Shown: positions 12,821 to 26,607, numbered from the stretch's first letter. The stretch is DNA of 64,000 nt from Cycas panzhihuaensis (GCA_023213395.1 CM041465.1:158231741-158295740); one strand, 5' to 3'. Translations and numbers: made by a program. The notes: generated by a model from the letters alone, not told the origin.

Positions 12821-15800
12821 ATAATATTCTCTAGCTAACCTTATAATTTTGTTCTAGTTGCCTTCCATCCTCCCTATTAGCTAAGATCCCTAAGCCCTTT
12901 TCCCCCACCTATTTATAGAGATCCTTGGCATTATTCTAGGGCATCTCAGGTGATTTTAAGCTACTAAATTTTAGGCCTTAAGGGTTATAATTTTGGAGGA
13001 TACCTTGCCTCAAAGAGGAGGCCAATATCAGGTACTTTAGTTGTAAGTTTTATACATCACATTTACTATATTTCAATTAATATTTGTAGTCTAATTCATA
13101 TAGTATAGTAGTAAATACATTATATTACATAATTCTCATACTTCTTCCATATTTTTTATATTTTATCCTATTTTTCTAATCTTTTCTATAAAAATCCTTC
13201 ATGTAACTACTTCATAATAGAAGTCTAAGGAAGGATGGGTGGAATAGTAGAATGAACTAGTGGAATAAGACTAGGCTAGCTAGATTAGGACTTGGAAGTA
13301 AGGTAGAGACTTCATGAGATGGGGTATGAGTAAGGGAAAAGGTAAACTAGAGTGAGCTAGAGGCTTTAGTAATACGACTATGACTAAATAAGTAGGGACC
13401 TTGAAGAAAAGAGGAAGCCCTAGGGATTGAGACTTGAGTAAAAAAGGTAGGTATATTGATCTAAGAAATTAAAGGAATATACTGAGTAAAGGGAATAGGG
13501 TAAGAGGAGGAATTTGTAGCCTCTTGAGGAGGTATATAGAAAAACCCTACATGTGAGAAGTAACCCAAACTAAGGTGCTTGAGAAAAGTGTCACAAGGGG
13601 GTTGAGAGATGCCCTCAAAATGAGAGGACTTTGAGTCCTCATGAATCTAATCTGTGAAGGGGGTTAAACTCCCTAAGAGGGAGTTACTCCGAGACAAAAT
13701 AAGCTAGTTTTGATAGATCAAACTACCTAGTACTAGGATCATAAGGTATGGGATGAGGATGAGAAGGAGGTAAATGGGGGGATTGAGGAACTGTATTGAT
13801 CCCTAGACTAGTTTTTAGAAGGATCCTAATATCAAGGAACTCAATTCAAGACTTGGAATCATGTTATCCTGGGTGAATTCCTTAAATCCACATATAGTTT
13901 CTAAGAACAATTAAGGTAATGGGTTTCTTCATATTCACTATCGTCAATAGAAAAATAAGAAGCAAAATCAAAGAGTGAGAGAACATATAAAAAGAAACTA
14001 AGTGACTCTATATAAATGATAGAGGATATGAATGAAATCAGTAGAGGACACATGTTTGGAACCTTTCTAGTATGGTCTCTAGAATGTTCAAATAGGATCT
14101 AGGTGGTCCTAGATGAACTAGTCCTCCTATAGAGAGAAGGTATGGAAGGAGGGAAGTTGACAGAATAAGACCAAAAATATGACCTAAACTAAAGTATGGG
14201 ATGGCATGTAAAGATAAACTAATTTAAGGAAGGACTCAACTACAACCTAAAATGGCTACAAGGAGAAAGAGAAATGAAGTAGATAAGTGTGAGTAGTGTG
14301 TGGATGCTTAGATGTACCACACCACCTTACAACCCCATAGATAAGATGCATCATACCCACCATCAACCTAGGCTCACAAGTTAGGTAGGCACAAAAGTAA
14401 TCTATGCAAGTTAGGAGGAGGAATGGGACTAAGATATACTCTAACCTAAAAATTATATAAAAATTGATACAATGTGTTAAATAAATAAGCAATAATATCT
14501 ATTTATATTCCTCTTAAGAGGAACAAACAATAATAAAAAGCTCTGAATAGGTGGGAGGTTTACTTGGGCAACATGGCCCTAAATATAATTGCCTCTAAAT
14601 ATATCATAGATACTAATTCCCAAAAGGAGGACACCCTAAGCTACCCCAACTCACATGAGAAGACTACATTGTACTATTTAAGGAGTGAGAGGACAAATAA
14701 GGACATAAACACAAAGGAGTAAGACCTTAGATTGATGACCTATTTATGGGTCAATTAGTGAGGACTCCCACACTTAGTAATAACCTACCCATAAGAGTGG
14801 AAGGTTAAAGGACACTTGTGTCTAATTCTAGACCATCTCTCTCTAAAGAGAAGAAAATAAAGAGAAGTAAAAGAAAAATAACTATTATTAATAGGATTAA
14901 TGATGCTTACTCAATTATTCAAACTAGATGCATAAGTATATAGTAAGAATTATTGCTCATTCCTAATGGTGCTCACTCAATTATCCAACCCATATGTTTG
15001 AGCATATAGTAAGGATAATTACCCATCTCCAACCTACTTGAAATATAATGAGAAGTATGTGCTCTATCTTAATTGCAAGACTAACTACTAATAGATCAAG
15101 TTTGGCCAATTTAGTCCCTCCTCTAACTTAATGGGAATTAAATCTAAATAGGAGTAATAACAAAGAGTAAAGTCTAATTATGCAATTATCATGCACTTTT
15201 ATTATATGAGAGTAATAACCAACCTATCTAATCATCCCAATCAAGTGCATTGGAAAAGGAAACAAGTAATTTTGAATAACCACTCATGTAACATATGCCA
15301 TAAGTAAGATGCATATAAGAACCATTGAATCCTAAGTGAACTTACACTTGACCTCGCTTAGTAAATTGCAGAAGAAAAATAAGGAAGGAATAAGGTAAGA
15401 GATAAATGGTATTTCCATTCATCTTTGTCATTTTTCTTTTTGTTGTTTCTTTTTCTTAGTTTTTTCTACTTTTTACTTTTTAGGGTATTATAAGTAAAAA
15501 GAACTCTGAGGAGGAAAACATATAACACACCATAAAGGAGAAAATGTTATGCAAAGGGACATTAGATTAATCCCTTCCTTATGTAAAAGCATGGAATGAA
15601 ATGAATGTGAAAGAAAGAAGCATGCAAAACTACTTTTAAAGCTCAAAAGCAATTAGATAAATTACCTAAACAAGAGGCAATAAATAACCAATGAAACATA
15701 AAGAGTAAGAAATAGTTGAAAGACATGAAAAAACCAACTTACAAATACATTAATTAAATAGGGGGGAATCACCTTAGATCTATGCTCAAAGGCTAAGAAA

Positions 15801-17432
15801 TCTCCTTAGAATACTAGTGGGTGAGTGAGTAGGTAAGGAAATGTGTATGTAAACTAAACAAATGGAAGATGCAATAGGGAGATTAATCCCAAACAATGAC
15901 AAAATCAAGGTGAGAGACATTGATTCTATGTCTAAACACAAGAGAGAAAAGAGGAAAAGATAAACCTCAAGTAACAAGAAATAAATGAGTGCAAAATAAC
16001 AAGCATAACCCCAAGCAACTTTAATAAGAAAACTAATAAATTGACAATGAAATAAGCATTAATTTAAGCAAGCAAATCACTCAAATAGTGATGATGCAAA
16101 TGAAAAAAATAAAGCATGAAATGAGAAGTAGAAAGTAGTAGAATGAAAGAGAAGGAAACTAAAGAGAGATCTTTTATATTACATGTAATAAGCAATGAGA
16201 TGTGCTTGTCCATGATAAGAAGGAAAGATTAATATGACAATACTCCAAGTCCTATAAGTAAACAAAGAAATAGAGCATTTTAAAGGAGGAACTATTTGCG
16301 AAATAAAAAGAATGGAAATGAAAGTAATACAGTAATGAAGTCACCCAGAAATAAGGTAAAACTCACTAATAAAGAGTTTAATTCATTATTGGATAAGATT
16401 AGATTACAATCCACTAAATAAAATAACTTTCATAAAGTGAGATCACTAAGAGAATATCATAAGAGTGATGAATTCGAATGTGAAATCAGTAAAGAACACG
16501 ATCTCATACACTCTAAGCTCTAAACAATTCTAATAACTATGTGAAAGTATCTAAATATTCTCCACCAACAAGTACTAAGGAATGAAAACCAAGAACTTCT
16601 TAAAAGTAATTAATTATTAATAACTAGAGTGTTAAAAGATGGAGTACTAAAAGATAAAGTGACAAAAGATTCCAACCAAATGAGCACTTAGAACTAAATA
16701 GGCTACTATAGGATATTATCTTATATTAAAAACCATTGTGTTTTTAGTCCATAATATTCCTAGCCACATTAGGTTTGGGGAAAAGGCCAAAATAGAAAGC
16801 AAAATGCTTAGAAAATCTTAATTTTTTCTAAATTTAGAATCACACAATTAATACTACAAAATATACACTAATACGATAGAATTACAATTGATACTATAAA
16901 AATCACATGATATCTCAAAACTTATTTCATGGTTCTACAAAATTATTCTATGGTATCATAATAAATATTACATAATGTTGTAACAAAGCTCTAATTTTTG
17001 TGGCATCAATGTAAACTTTATAGTATGCTACTATAAAACTATAAAAATAAGAATAGATAAGCTTACAAAATGCTAAAAAATCACTCTAAATAACTAACAC
17101 AGCAATTAGTCATATAAAGAGAAGGGGTATGAGAGAGTGCTAGTATCATGAGAAAGAAATATGCCTTTAGTCCTTGTATGGTGATGTTTTTATTTTTAAT
17201 CATTAGATCCTAAGGATCAGGGGTTCAAAGCACAAGTAGACAATACATCAAACAACATCATATCTCATAGAATGAATGGAAATAGAGATCAATACCTAAC
17301 CAATAGGGAGGCCAAAAATATGGGAAATAATATTCACTCTTAAGGCTATTATCTTTTTCATTATAGGTTGGCATTCATTACTTCTAATATACAAGTAGCC
17401 CCCATAGTTACTTAAAAGACAATGGTGTGACT
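12821..17432. repeat. 4.6-kb tandem duplication, copy 2
   Basis: Offset 4616 bp from copy 1; junction GTGACT|AT|AATATTCTC. Confidence 0.95.
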
Positions 17433-17880
17433 ATTTTTGACAAACTTGGACTTATGAAAAATACATGATATCCCTGATGAAGATTATTTAGGGTAATAAG
17501 CACTAACTCTTTATCACTTATTTCTACTTCTATCTTAAGTAATTGATCTCTAATCCTCTTTGATTTATGTAGATGGAGAATTATAGACATGCCATATCCC
17601 ATTTTTAAATAGGACAATTAATTCCTTTAATATAAAATATACGTCTCATTCTTGTACTCATATAAATCCTTCAAAACATTCCATACCTCTAAAAAAGATT
17701 ACAATCCTTGAACATGCATAATGATGTCGTTAACCACAAATATTTTGATAATTGCAAGTGCCTCTTTATCTTTTTCCTCAAAATCTTTAATGTATTTTTC
17801 AATTGCCATCATATTAATAATTTTCATATGTTTTAATAGGATTAAAACGTTAGAAATTTTAAATTTCCATGCAATGTAAT
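17374..17880 (-). pseudogene. Element D: Ty1/copia gag remnant
   Basis: NYIAWKFKI...DFEEKDKEALAII (ORF 17699-17920) and RIRDQLLKIEVEISDKELVLITLNNL (ORF 17408-17617) match copia Gag N-terminus/UBN2-type region; cut on both sides. Confidence 0.85.
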
Positions 17881-18442
17881 TGTAACACCCTTGGTATATA
17901 TTAATTATTATATTATACATTCTAATGTATATTTTAATGCTTTATATTCATGGCTACAATTTCATGTAATCACACCTTGATTTAAAACATGAGTTTAGTA
18001 AAATATGTTGTTAGGTATGGGGTGTATCTTGGTGTGTTTTGTGTTTATATCAAGATAAAATATGACTTTATTTATGAGATGCTTATATGCATATAAATGG
18101 TTTGAGGGACAAATACCCACATGCTTTATACATAATGCAAATACCTAATTAAAATAAAACCTAGATTACTCAATGTAATAATGAAAGGTATGTGGCATAA
18201 GTGAAAGTGAAAGTCTCTATTAGGGTAATGTTTTAAGTATTAACCCTTAATGTTTATCCACTTTTTGTGAGCCACATGGCAATTAAAAGGTTGGTAGAGT
18301 TTTGATGGTCACCCCTCTATACGGTTTATATTATCACATCAGCATCTCTACCATGTATTAACTTTTGATTGGTTCCACTCCCTCACAAGTTGTAACATCC
18401 CACAACCTCACAAATTAAGGAGTATTGTCATCTTTTTAAACT

Positions 18443-21400
18443 TGTTTAATGTTAATTTTTTATCTATAATATTCTCCTAGGGTCCTCTTAACTAGAAGAA
18501 CTTAACTAGGACCACTTAAGTCATTCTTAAGGGTTGTGCATCATGATGTTATTCAACCACCATTCATTGGGCCACTTTTTATACTGATTATTTATAAATA
18601 TATGAGATCTTCTCACAATAATGTAATGTGAAGAACTTATCTCTTATTGTTCATTGAGTTTGTTTTCATGGTATCAAAGTAGGCCTAAAGGGACCAATCT
18701 TTAGAGGCTTTAGTGTGTAGTTCTTTAAGATTATTTTAAAGTAAGTCAGTAGAGACTAAAGGAGATTAAAGGGACCACTTAGTAGAAGCTTCAAGAGGTT
18801 TCTTTTCTAGTGCATAGATAATCATACTACTTGGTATAAAAGTATACAAATAACTAAAAATCAAAGTTCTCATATTGAAATGAAGCTTTACCAGATTAGG
18901 TGCCTCAACTTAAGGATTAATTTTCTCTAATGGCTTGACTTTAGAATCTATCTTAGAAAGTAACAAATTATAGAAAATTGGGCATGCAAGCTTGAGGATA
19001 AATCACCTCATTTCTCTTCAAATCTTTAGTGGTTTTCTTCAAAACTAGTTTTATTCTCTTCCTTGTTAGTAGAGATTTCCATTAAGCATAAATTTATAAT
19101 ATTTTATCTTAGATTTTATAAGATATTTATAGATTTTTGTTTAAAACCTTAAGCACCATTTTTCCTTTCAAAGTAAACAACCTGTTTCTTGCTTTATTAA
19201 AATGGATTTAATATACTCCCTAGCAAAATTTGATAAATTGATAGGGTCAAATTACACTATATAGAGAATCAAAATAAAAGGCATTTTATCTACTAAGATA
19301 AAATTATTGAAGAAATAAAGGATAATATAGGAAATATTGATGTGGCCAAGCTTACCAGTTAGGAAGAAAAGAATAGACATGCTCTTGTAGCAATTACTCT
19401 TTCTATTGTAGATTCCTTCTTAACCCACTTCAGCGAGGCTTCTTCAACTTAGAAGATTATAGCCTCCTTACATCATAAAAAAACTAAGGCCAAAATAGAC
19501 TCCTTAAGAGAACAATTATACCACTTAGAGTTGAAAGAAGGAGAGCCAATATCAAGTTTCATCACTAAAATTATTAAAGTTAAAGAAGTACTAACCCCTA
19601 TAGTGAACCAATTTCTAATATATAACGAGTTTAACTTGTTCTTAATGAATTACCTAAATCTTTCAACAATTTGGTTAACACACTCATTATAGGTCGACAG
19701 GTAGGGAGTATATTGTTTGATACTTTATATAGGCATATACTATAGTGAGAGCAAAGAAATAAAAAATATGAAGAATAAGGTAATCTTGAAGAAGCCTTTT
19801 CCACTAAGCTAAGGATTAGAGGTAGATAATAGTTCATAAGTCATTTGAGAGGAAGAGTAAGACCTTTGAGAAGTAGACTTAAAGATTTTAGAACTTGTTA
19901 TTATTACAAACATCTAATACATTTTTCTAAAGATTACCACCAATGAAGGTCTAATGATACTTGAAGGAAAAGAGTTAAAGGAAATTACAACAAGAAATAA
20001 TAGATAAAAGAATAATAAGAGATAACTTTCATTACAAACTTGGCATCAAGTATCTAATCTAACCAAGATTAGTTCATTGAATCTAGAGCTTCACACCACA
20101 TAACTACAAGAAAAGACTAGTTTGAATCCATGTGTCCTCATCTTCTTAGTGATTTAGTTAAACTTAGGGATAACTCTACTATAAGAATTGAAGAAGAAGG
20201 AACAATTATAGTTAAAATAAAAAATGAAGTATAAGAAAATAAACAATGTTCTTATTCGAGGTTTGAAGAAAAATCTTTTATGTATATCTCAACTAACAAT
20301 GAAGAAAAAACTTTGTATTATTTTTTATGAGAATAAATGCTTTACTTATAATAAAAAATAAAGTAACCTTGTAATTATGAAAGGGATAGAGATAAATAAT
20401 CTCTATAAGTTAGTCTCTATGCTTATGGTTTAATCTCTTTTAGTATGTAGCATTAATAATAAAATCTAACATTCTTGGTATAGATGCATTACAAATGATA
20501 GGCTAGAAATACTAAAAAAATTAATATGGTTAATGGATTATCAAATACTTCTTTAAAATTAATTGTATATGAAGGATGTATATTAGGAAAGCATCATAGA
20601 TCCTAGTTTTAGCAAAGCACTTGGAGAGCTTAAGAGAAACTAAAATTGGTCCATAATAACTTGTGTGGACCTATTATCCTAAATTCTATCAATGAAGCTA
20701 GGTACTTTCTCACCTTCATAGATGATTTTAGCAAAAAATCCTAGGTGTGTTTTATTAAAAATAAATGCAAAACATTTAATATTTTCAAATAATTTAGAAC
20801 TCTTGTTGAGGTAGAGACTGGCCAAAAACTTAAAATACCTAGAGTATAATTTAAATGCTTTCTATAAATAGTTTAAAATACATGGCATCCATAGGCAACT
20901 TACTATAACATATTCTCCATAGTCAAATGGAGTAACTAAAAGAATAAATCAATCAATAATATAAATGGCTAGATGCATGTCAAAAGAAAAATGAGTACTA
21001 AATGCATGCTAGGCTAAAGTAGTTAATATTATTATGTATCTTATAAATAAAAGCCCCACAAGAGCACTTAAGAGACTCACTCCTAAAGAGGCTTAGTTAG
21101 GAAGGAAGGCTAAAGTGAGTCATCTTAGAGTTTTTGGTTGTACTATATTTGTTTACATTCAAGACTAGAAGAGATCAAAATTATATGATAAAAGAATTAA
21201 GTACATTTTGGTTGGATATAATAGTAATTCTAAGGCCTAAAGATACATTGACCTAAGGACAAATAAAATCTACATCAGTAGGTATGTAACATTTGATAAG
21301 GCATTAAGGGAAAGTAAGCAAGAAGGCTCTCTAGAAAGGAAAATAATTAAAAAAGAAATTACATGGGTCTTCAAAGTCAAATAAAAAATAGACAATAGTA

Positions 21401-22999
21401 TTAATAAGTACAAAACTTGTCTGGTAGCAAAATGGTATATCTAGATTGCAAGGATTGACTATGAAGAAACATTTACCCTAGTCACAAAAACAATAATAAT
21501 CTATACTATTATAGTATTAACAACTTAGTATGATTAGGAAATCATATAACTTGATGTTAAAAGTGCCTTCCTAAATAGAGATTTGACAGAAGAGGTATAC
21601 TTGGAACATCCTTCTAGTTTTACAGAAAAAGAGAAGGAGTATCTTGTATATAGATTTAAAAAGGCTATGCATGGACTAAAACAAGCATCACATGGTTGAT
21701 ATAGCAAATTAGACTCTTATCTCAAAGGAAATGACTTTAGTTAATGTGAGTCTAATCTAAGTTTATACTTAAAAAATAAAGAAAATTGCTTGGTCATCAT
21801 TACAGTACTATATATTGATGACTTGATTATTATAGGTAATGATCATAGAATGATTAGGTAGTTAAGACAACAAATGGAGGATAAATTTGAGATGACAGAT
21901 ATAGGGCCTCTCTACTACTATTTGGGAATTGAAATAAATCAGATGAAAGATACTATATTTATTTTACAGGTAAAATATACTAAAAATCTTCTTAAAAAGT
22001 TCAACATGAAAGAATACAAGCCATGTGCAAGCCCCATGGAGATAGGTTGTGTCTTAATGGTTGATGAAGAAAATAATGAGGTAAATGAAACCCTCTATGA
22101 ATAACTAGTTAGGAGACTTATTTACCTGACAACTACTAAACCTAACATTTTATTCTCTATTGGAATGATCTCTAGATATATTAGAAAACCCAAAATATCT
22201 CATTAGGATGTAACAAAACACACCTTGAGATACATTAAGGGAACTTTAGGCCTAGGACTGAACTACACTAAAGCTATCAAACCTAAGTTGATCAAGTATT
22301 ATAGTTGAAATTAGGTAGGAGAGTAACAAGAAAAAAAGTGCACTTCTAGATATTATTTTAATCTAGGTTTAAATATCATTTCATAGAGCAACAAAAAATA
22401 GCCCATTATAGCCCTATCACCCATAAAAGTTGAATACAAGGCAATGATAATTGTAATATATGAAGTAGTTTGGCTTAAATAACTACTAAAGGATTTGAAC
22501 TATAAATATATAAATGCTACTCTAATCTTTTGTGGCAATTAGAGAATCATCAAGATGATAAGAAATCTTATTTTCCATGCAATAATGAATCACATAGAAG
22601 TCCACCCTTATTTTAGCAAGGAAAAATTTTAAAACAAAGAAATAGATCTTCAATACTCTAGCAGTAAGAACCAACTAATGAATACTTTTACAAAGCCTTT
22701 GGTAAATGATATATTTCAATGCTCTAAGGAGAACTTAAGAATTAGAGACAAATGATAAAATATTAAGAGGGAGTGTTAAATGTTATTGTTTTATTTATAA
22801 TATTCTCCTAAGGTCCTCTTAACCAGAATAACTTGACTAGGACCACTTAAGTCATTCTTAAGCATTGTGTATCATGATGTCATTTAACCATCATTTATTA
22901 GGTTACTTTTTGTACTCATTATGCATAAATATGTGATATATTCTTACAATAATATAATGTGACAAACTTATCTCTTATTATTCATTGAGTTTGTCTTTT
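18443..22999 (+). mobile_element. Element F: decayed Ty1/copia, short-LTR type
   Basis: 226-bp LTRs 18443-18668 and 22774-22999; TSD AAACT/GAACT; PBS TGGTATCAAAG at 18669; PPT TTAAGAGGGAG 22763-22773. Confidence 0.92.
19202..22755 (+). pseudogene. gag-pol of F
   Basis: Gag FDKLIGSNY; integrase LVHNNLCGP...YFLTFIDDFSK, HLRVFGC; RT LDVKSAFLN, LYIDDLII, FEMTDIGPLYYYLGIEI (ORF 21874-22104); RNase H HIEV...FTKPL. The IN-RT linker is deleted near 21330. Confidence 0.9.
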
Positions 23000-23069
23000 G
23001 AACTATGATCTTGCCTCTTTGTGGAGTTCAAATTCTTCATGACTTCATAGATTTTGAATTTTTAACAAC

Positions 23070-23290
23070 TTTGTAGATATTGTAATATTTGCCTTATGAA
23101 TTGTGAAGCTTTTATATTCTCATATTTTCATAGATTTTACAATCTTTTCCTCATGATTTATGATGTTTTTACATCCTTGTGATTTTATAGATTTTGTAAC
23201 ATTTGCATCATGAATTAAAAAGTTTTCATATTATTATGATTTTGAGGATTTTGCAATCTTTACATCATGAACTATGAAATTTTTATATAA
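23070..23290. repeat. Degenerate 57-bp tandem repeat, ~4 copies
   Basis: Unit like TAGATTTTGCAATCTTTGCATCATGAATTATGAAGTTTTTATATT... recurring at ~23074, 23131, 23188, 23244. Confidence 0.75.
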
Positions 23291-24169
23291 TATAAAGTTA
23301 TGAGATTCTACTTCCTCAACAAAAGTAGCAAATGTTTTCCACTTTGTGAGTTATAAGTTCTTACCACCTCATGAGTTAGACCCCACCACTTAGGAATCGA
23401 AGTGCCAACTTCTACACCTTTCCCATGTGCCACATGCCAATCTCCTTATGAACCTCATATAATTAATCATCACTACATAGACCAAAATAAAGTATTTGGT
23501 CCAATAGACCATTAACCTATTTTCACATATAAGTAGATAAAATTCTCCTTCTCTTTTACATATGGGATAAATTAATTTGAACAACTTTCATTACTTTAAA
23601 AGTATAAACTTTAATTTCTTGTAACTTTCAAACCCCTTACCTAAATTCAATAATCCAAAGTTGTTGAAAGATATTAAAGAGCTCCTTTGAACCATATACA
23701 TCTTTGAGTTTTCCATCAATCCCTACAATGTCATATTTTGACGTTATCATATGAGATCATAAACTCCAAATCTAAAGATTTAGAGCTTCATTCACCTTCT
23801 CAATGACTTATAAAGGAAGTGGACAATGATCCTATATTACTAATTAAATGACATAACACTTATTTCTTATGCTCATTTCCTCTAGAATGTTATTAAAGAG
23901 ATATTTAATCCTTAATTACCCTTTAATTATTCTCTTAACTTAAGTCATTTGGAATAAGATAGCTAATAGGAAAAACACAAGTCTTTGTTATAAATATAGG
24001 AGGGTGACAAATGTTGTAATCCATTTTGGTATTTGAAGTTTATGTGAAATTATAAAATTCAATCAAATATGGATAAAATAATAATATCATAATAATAAAT
24101 ATTTTAATCAATTAATAATATTAAGAATTATATATAAATAGTTTGTAGTGGCAAAAGTAAATCACCTAG

Positions 24170-25421
24170 TGTTGATATGATACTTAATCAAAACATAATA
24201 TTAATACACTAATTGTGCGTTATCTTCTAACACTCCTCTGTAATACATATTTGAAATGACACCTAAGTTTCACATAAATTTATAATGCTTGAATTTGATA
24301 ATACTTTGTGAAGATATCTGTAATGTAGTCTTCAGTCCTATAATGAAGCAGTCTAAACTCACTTTATTATACTAACTCTTAAATGAAATGATGCTTGATC
24401 TTGATATACTTTATTTTGCTATGTAAAACTAGGTTTTTTATCATTTGGATAGTACTATGGTTATAATAATGAATCTATGTAAGTCTAATATATGGTTGAT
24501 ATTGATCCTATAATATCCTTTGAAGTTGAACTACTTTACATGTTATTGCTTCAACTACTCTATATTCTATTTTGGATGTAGAAAAAGAAATGATTGGTTA
24601 TTTCTTTATATTTCAAGCAATTGAAACTAAACAAATGTTGAAAATATAATTTTATATTAACCTTTTATTTTTAATATTAAAAGGCCAATATGCATATATA
24701 TAACCAACCAATTTACACTCATTTGTTGATATATAGTGAAGACCATAATCTAATGTTCCTTTAAGATGCTTAATAATCCTCTTTATTACATTCTAATATT
24801 ATTCATTTAGTTGAGGCATGAATCTAAAAACTAAATTAATTGTATATGTTATGTCCAGATAGGTAGTTGTCAAATAAATTAGACTTCCTATTAGCTAACA
24901 ATATAGAGTGGGATTAACTAAAATAAAATCTTTATTTTTACTTAGATTCAACCTAGCCTTAATAGGAGTAACAATGGAATTACAAGTACTCATGTTAAAT
25001 TCCTTTAAGATATCCATAACATACTTACTTTGTGATATATGTATGCTATTATTATTTTTCTATACTTTAATATTAAGGAAATAATGTAAGTAACCAAAAT
25101 CTGTCATTTTAAATCTTGAAAACATGTCATCCTTGAATTGTTAGTATAATTTAGTACTATTTCCTATATGGATGAGATCACTAAAATAAAGTATAATAAC
25201 CAAAATTAAAGTACCAATTATCTTCATATAAAAATTGGGATTGAAAGAGATCTTTTGAAATCCTTTGTCCTAGAAATATCTTTTAATCTTAGAATACCAT
25301 GTTCTTGGAACTTATTTCAAACTAGATAATGCTTTCTTTAATTTGTAAATCAAGTGTTCATGACCTTCAAGTTTAAGTCCTTTGTGGTTATTCCACATAA
25401 TTTTTTTCATCAACATAACCA
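24170..25421 (-). mobile_element. Element G: truncated Ty1/copia (RT C-terminal half, RNase H, PPT, short 3' LTR remnant)
   Basis: Minus strand GYVDEKNYVE*P...LIYKLKKAL, FKMTDFGYLHYFL, DIFTK; PPT remnant 24233-24243; LTR end TATCTTCTAACA at 24232. Confidence 0.85.
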
Positions 25422-25532
25422 CAAGTAGGGTATATGTGGTTTTACTATGAGTTTTATAAGATCAGGCAGTCTAGATATTTGAACAAAAAATATCTACTAG
25501 AATCATAAGTCATGAAGAGGGGTCATTACAAG

Positions 25533-25545
25533 TGGTATCAAAGCC
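25533..25545 (+). promoter_or_regulatory. PBS of E (tRNA-iMet)
   Basis: TGGTATCAAAGCC 2 nt after TTACA. Confidence 0.85.
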
Positions 25546-26099
25546 AAGGTTTAATCTCAATAATAATTTATAAGGAAGTATAGGTCAAAGGATTTATGAA
25601 AAGTAAGTGAAGAAACATTATTAAAGACTTTTATTGTTGAAAAAGATTAAATTCAAGCAAGGCAAAAATAAGTTGTAGGATAAAATTAACTTAAAATTTC
25701 AAAGGTAGCACTATAGCATCGATTCAAATAAATTTGCCCTTAATAACTCTCACATCAATTATACACCATTTTTCTAGAATTCCATCATTTGTGGTTTTTC
25801 TTATTGAAGTTATAACTTGCATATCATAACTTAAAATCAACTAAAAATTAGTAAGCAAGGGTGTATTGGTGTCCTACGCCTAAGTTTCCTTTTTGCTATA
25901 ATGGCTAATTCTTAATAGAAATTAAGAATATTTTTCTGTATTTAAAAAAATCATTATTCCCTAAGAGACCCCCAAATTAGAAATTTTCAATATAACTATC
26001 TTCTTAGTGCTTAGATAACCTTGCATATTTTCTTCTAGATTAAAATTGATATTTTAAAAAAATTTATTGTTTATGTACAAGGGTAAATTTTGCACCATT

Positions 26100-26607
26100 T
26101 TTTACTTCTCAATAAACGTTAATATTATGAAGGAAATAAGAGATCCACTAGAATGGGTAACATGCAATTTGATTAATTCAACTAAGATAACCTATATGAT
26201 AAAGAGATGGAGCTGGAAAAGGATTAATGATAAGAAAAAAAATTAATCAAGGATGTCTCAAGTATTAAAACCCTTTGTAATATGCACAAATAGATTCATG
26301 GTTTTAAGGAGGATAATGACTATATTAAGAGAGCTTGTGAACATTCAAAGGATAATGGAATATGACCAAGAACAAAGAGAAAATCAAATTGAATATAATC
26401 ATGGCATAAGAAGAGGGTCTTAAGAATAAGTTATAAGGAGAGATTCTAGTAACAAAGTTAGGGAAATATAATATTATGAAGGCCAATGGGTTGTGATAAG
26501 TTAATAGCCTTGGGTTGGAGGATAGATTTTGAAAAAAAGAAAGAGGCATAAAGTGACCTCAAGACATGCAAAAAACTAGTTGCATTGACATGGAGCTTTC
26601 TAAGGAT
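26100..26607 (+). pseudogene. Highly decayed gag of E, left part
   Basis: Position after the PBS and continuity across H's TSD into a zinc-knuckle remnant; motif support is weak. Confidence 0.5.

Larger units (their letters stand above)
18307..24009. mobile_element. Element N: ~1.1-kb inverted-repeat-bounded insertion (solo LTR or TIR element), itself split by F
   Basis: GTCACCCCTCTATAC (18308) vs ATATAGGAGGGTGAC(A) (23994-24009): 12/15 inverted match, all mismatches C/T. No clean TSD. Confidence 0.45.
17881..25530 (+). repeat. Interrupted 5' LTR of element E (Tekay-like Ty3/gypsy)
   Basis: Starts TGTAACACCC exactly where D gag stops and ends GGGGTCATTACA, followed by a PBS. N, F and G lie inside. 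Joining the two ends into one LTR is inference. Confidence 0.6.

Noticed and set aside
15786-15977. Hydrophobic ORF as an env-like transmembrane protein (also 14256-14492 and 62520-62708)
   Set aside because: A T-rich strand translates to F/L/I/S by default. Surrounding frames have many stops, and indels between the duplicate copies are not frame-preserving.
8205-17432. The two 4.6-kb repeats as LTRs of a giant element
   Set aside because: They abut directly with no internal region, lack TG...CA ends, PBS, PPT and TSD, and cut through three different elements.
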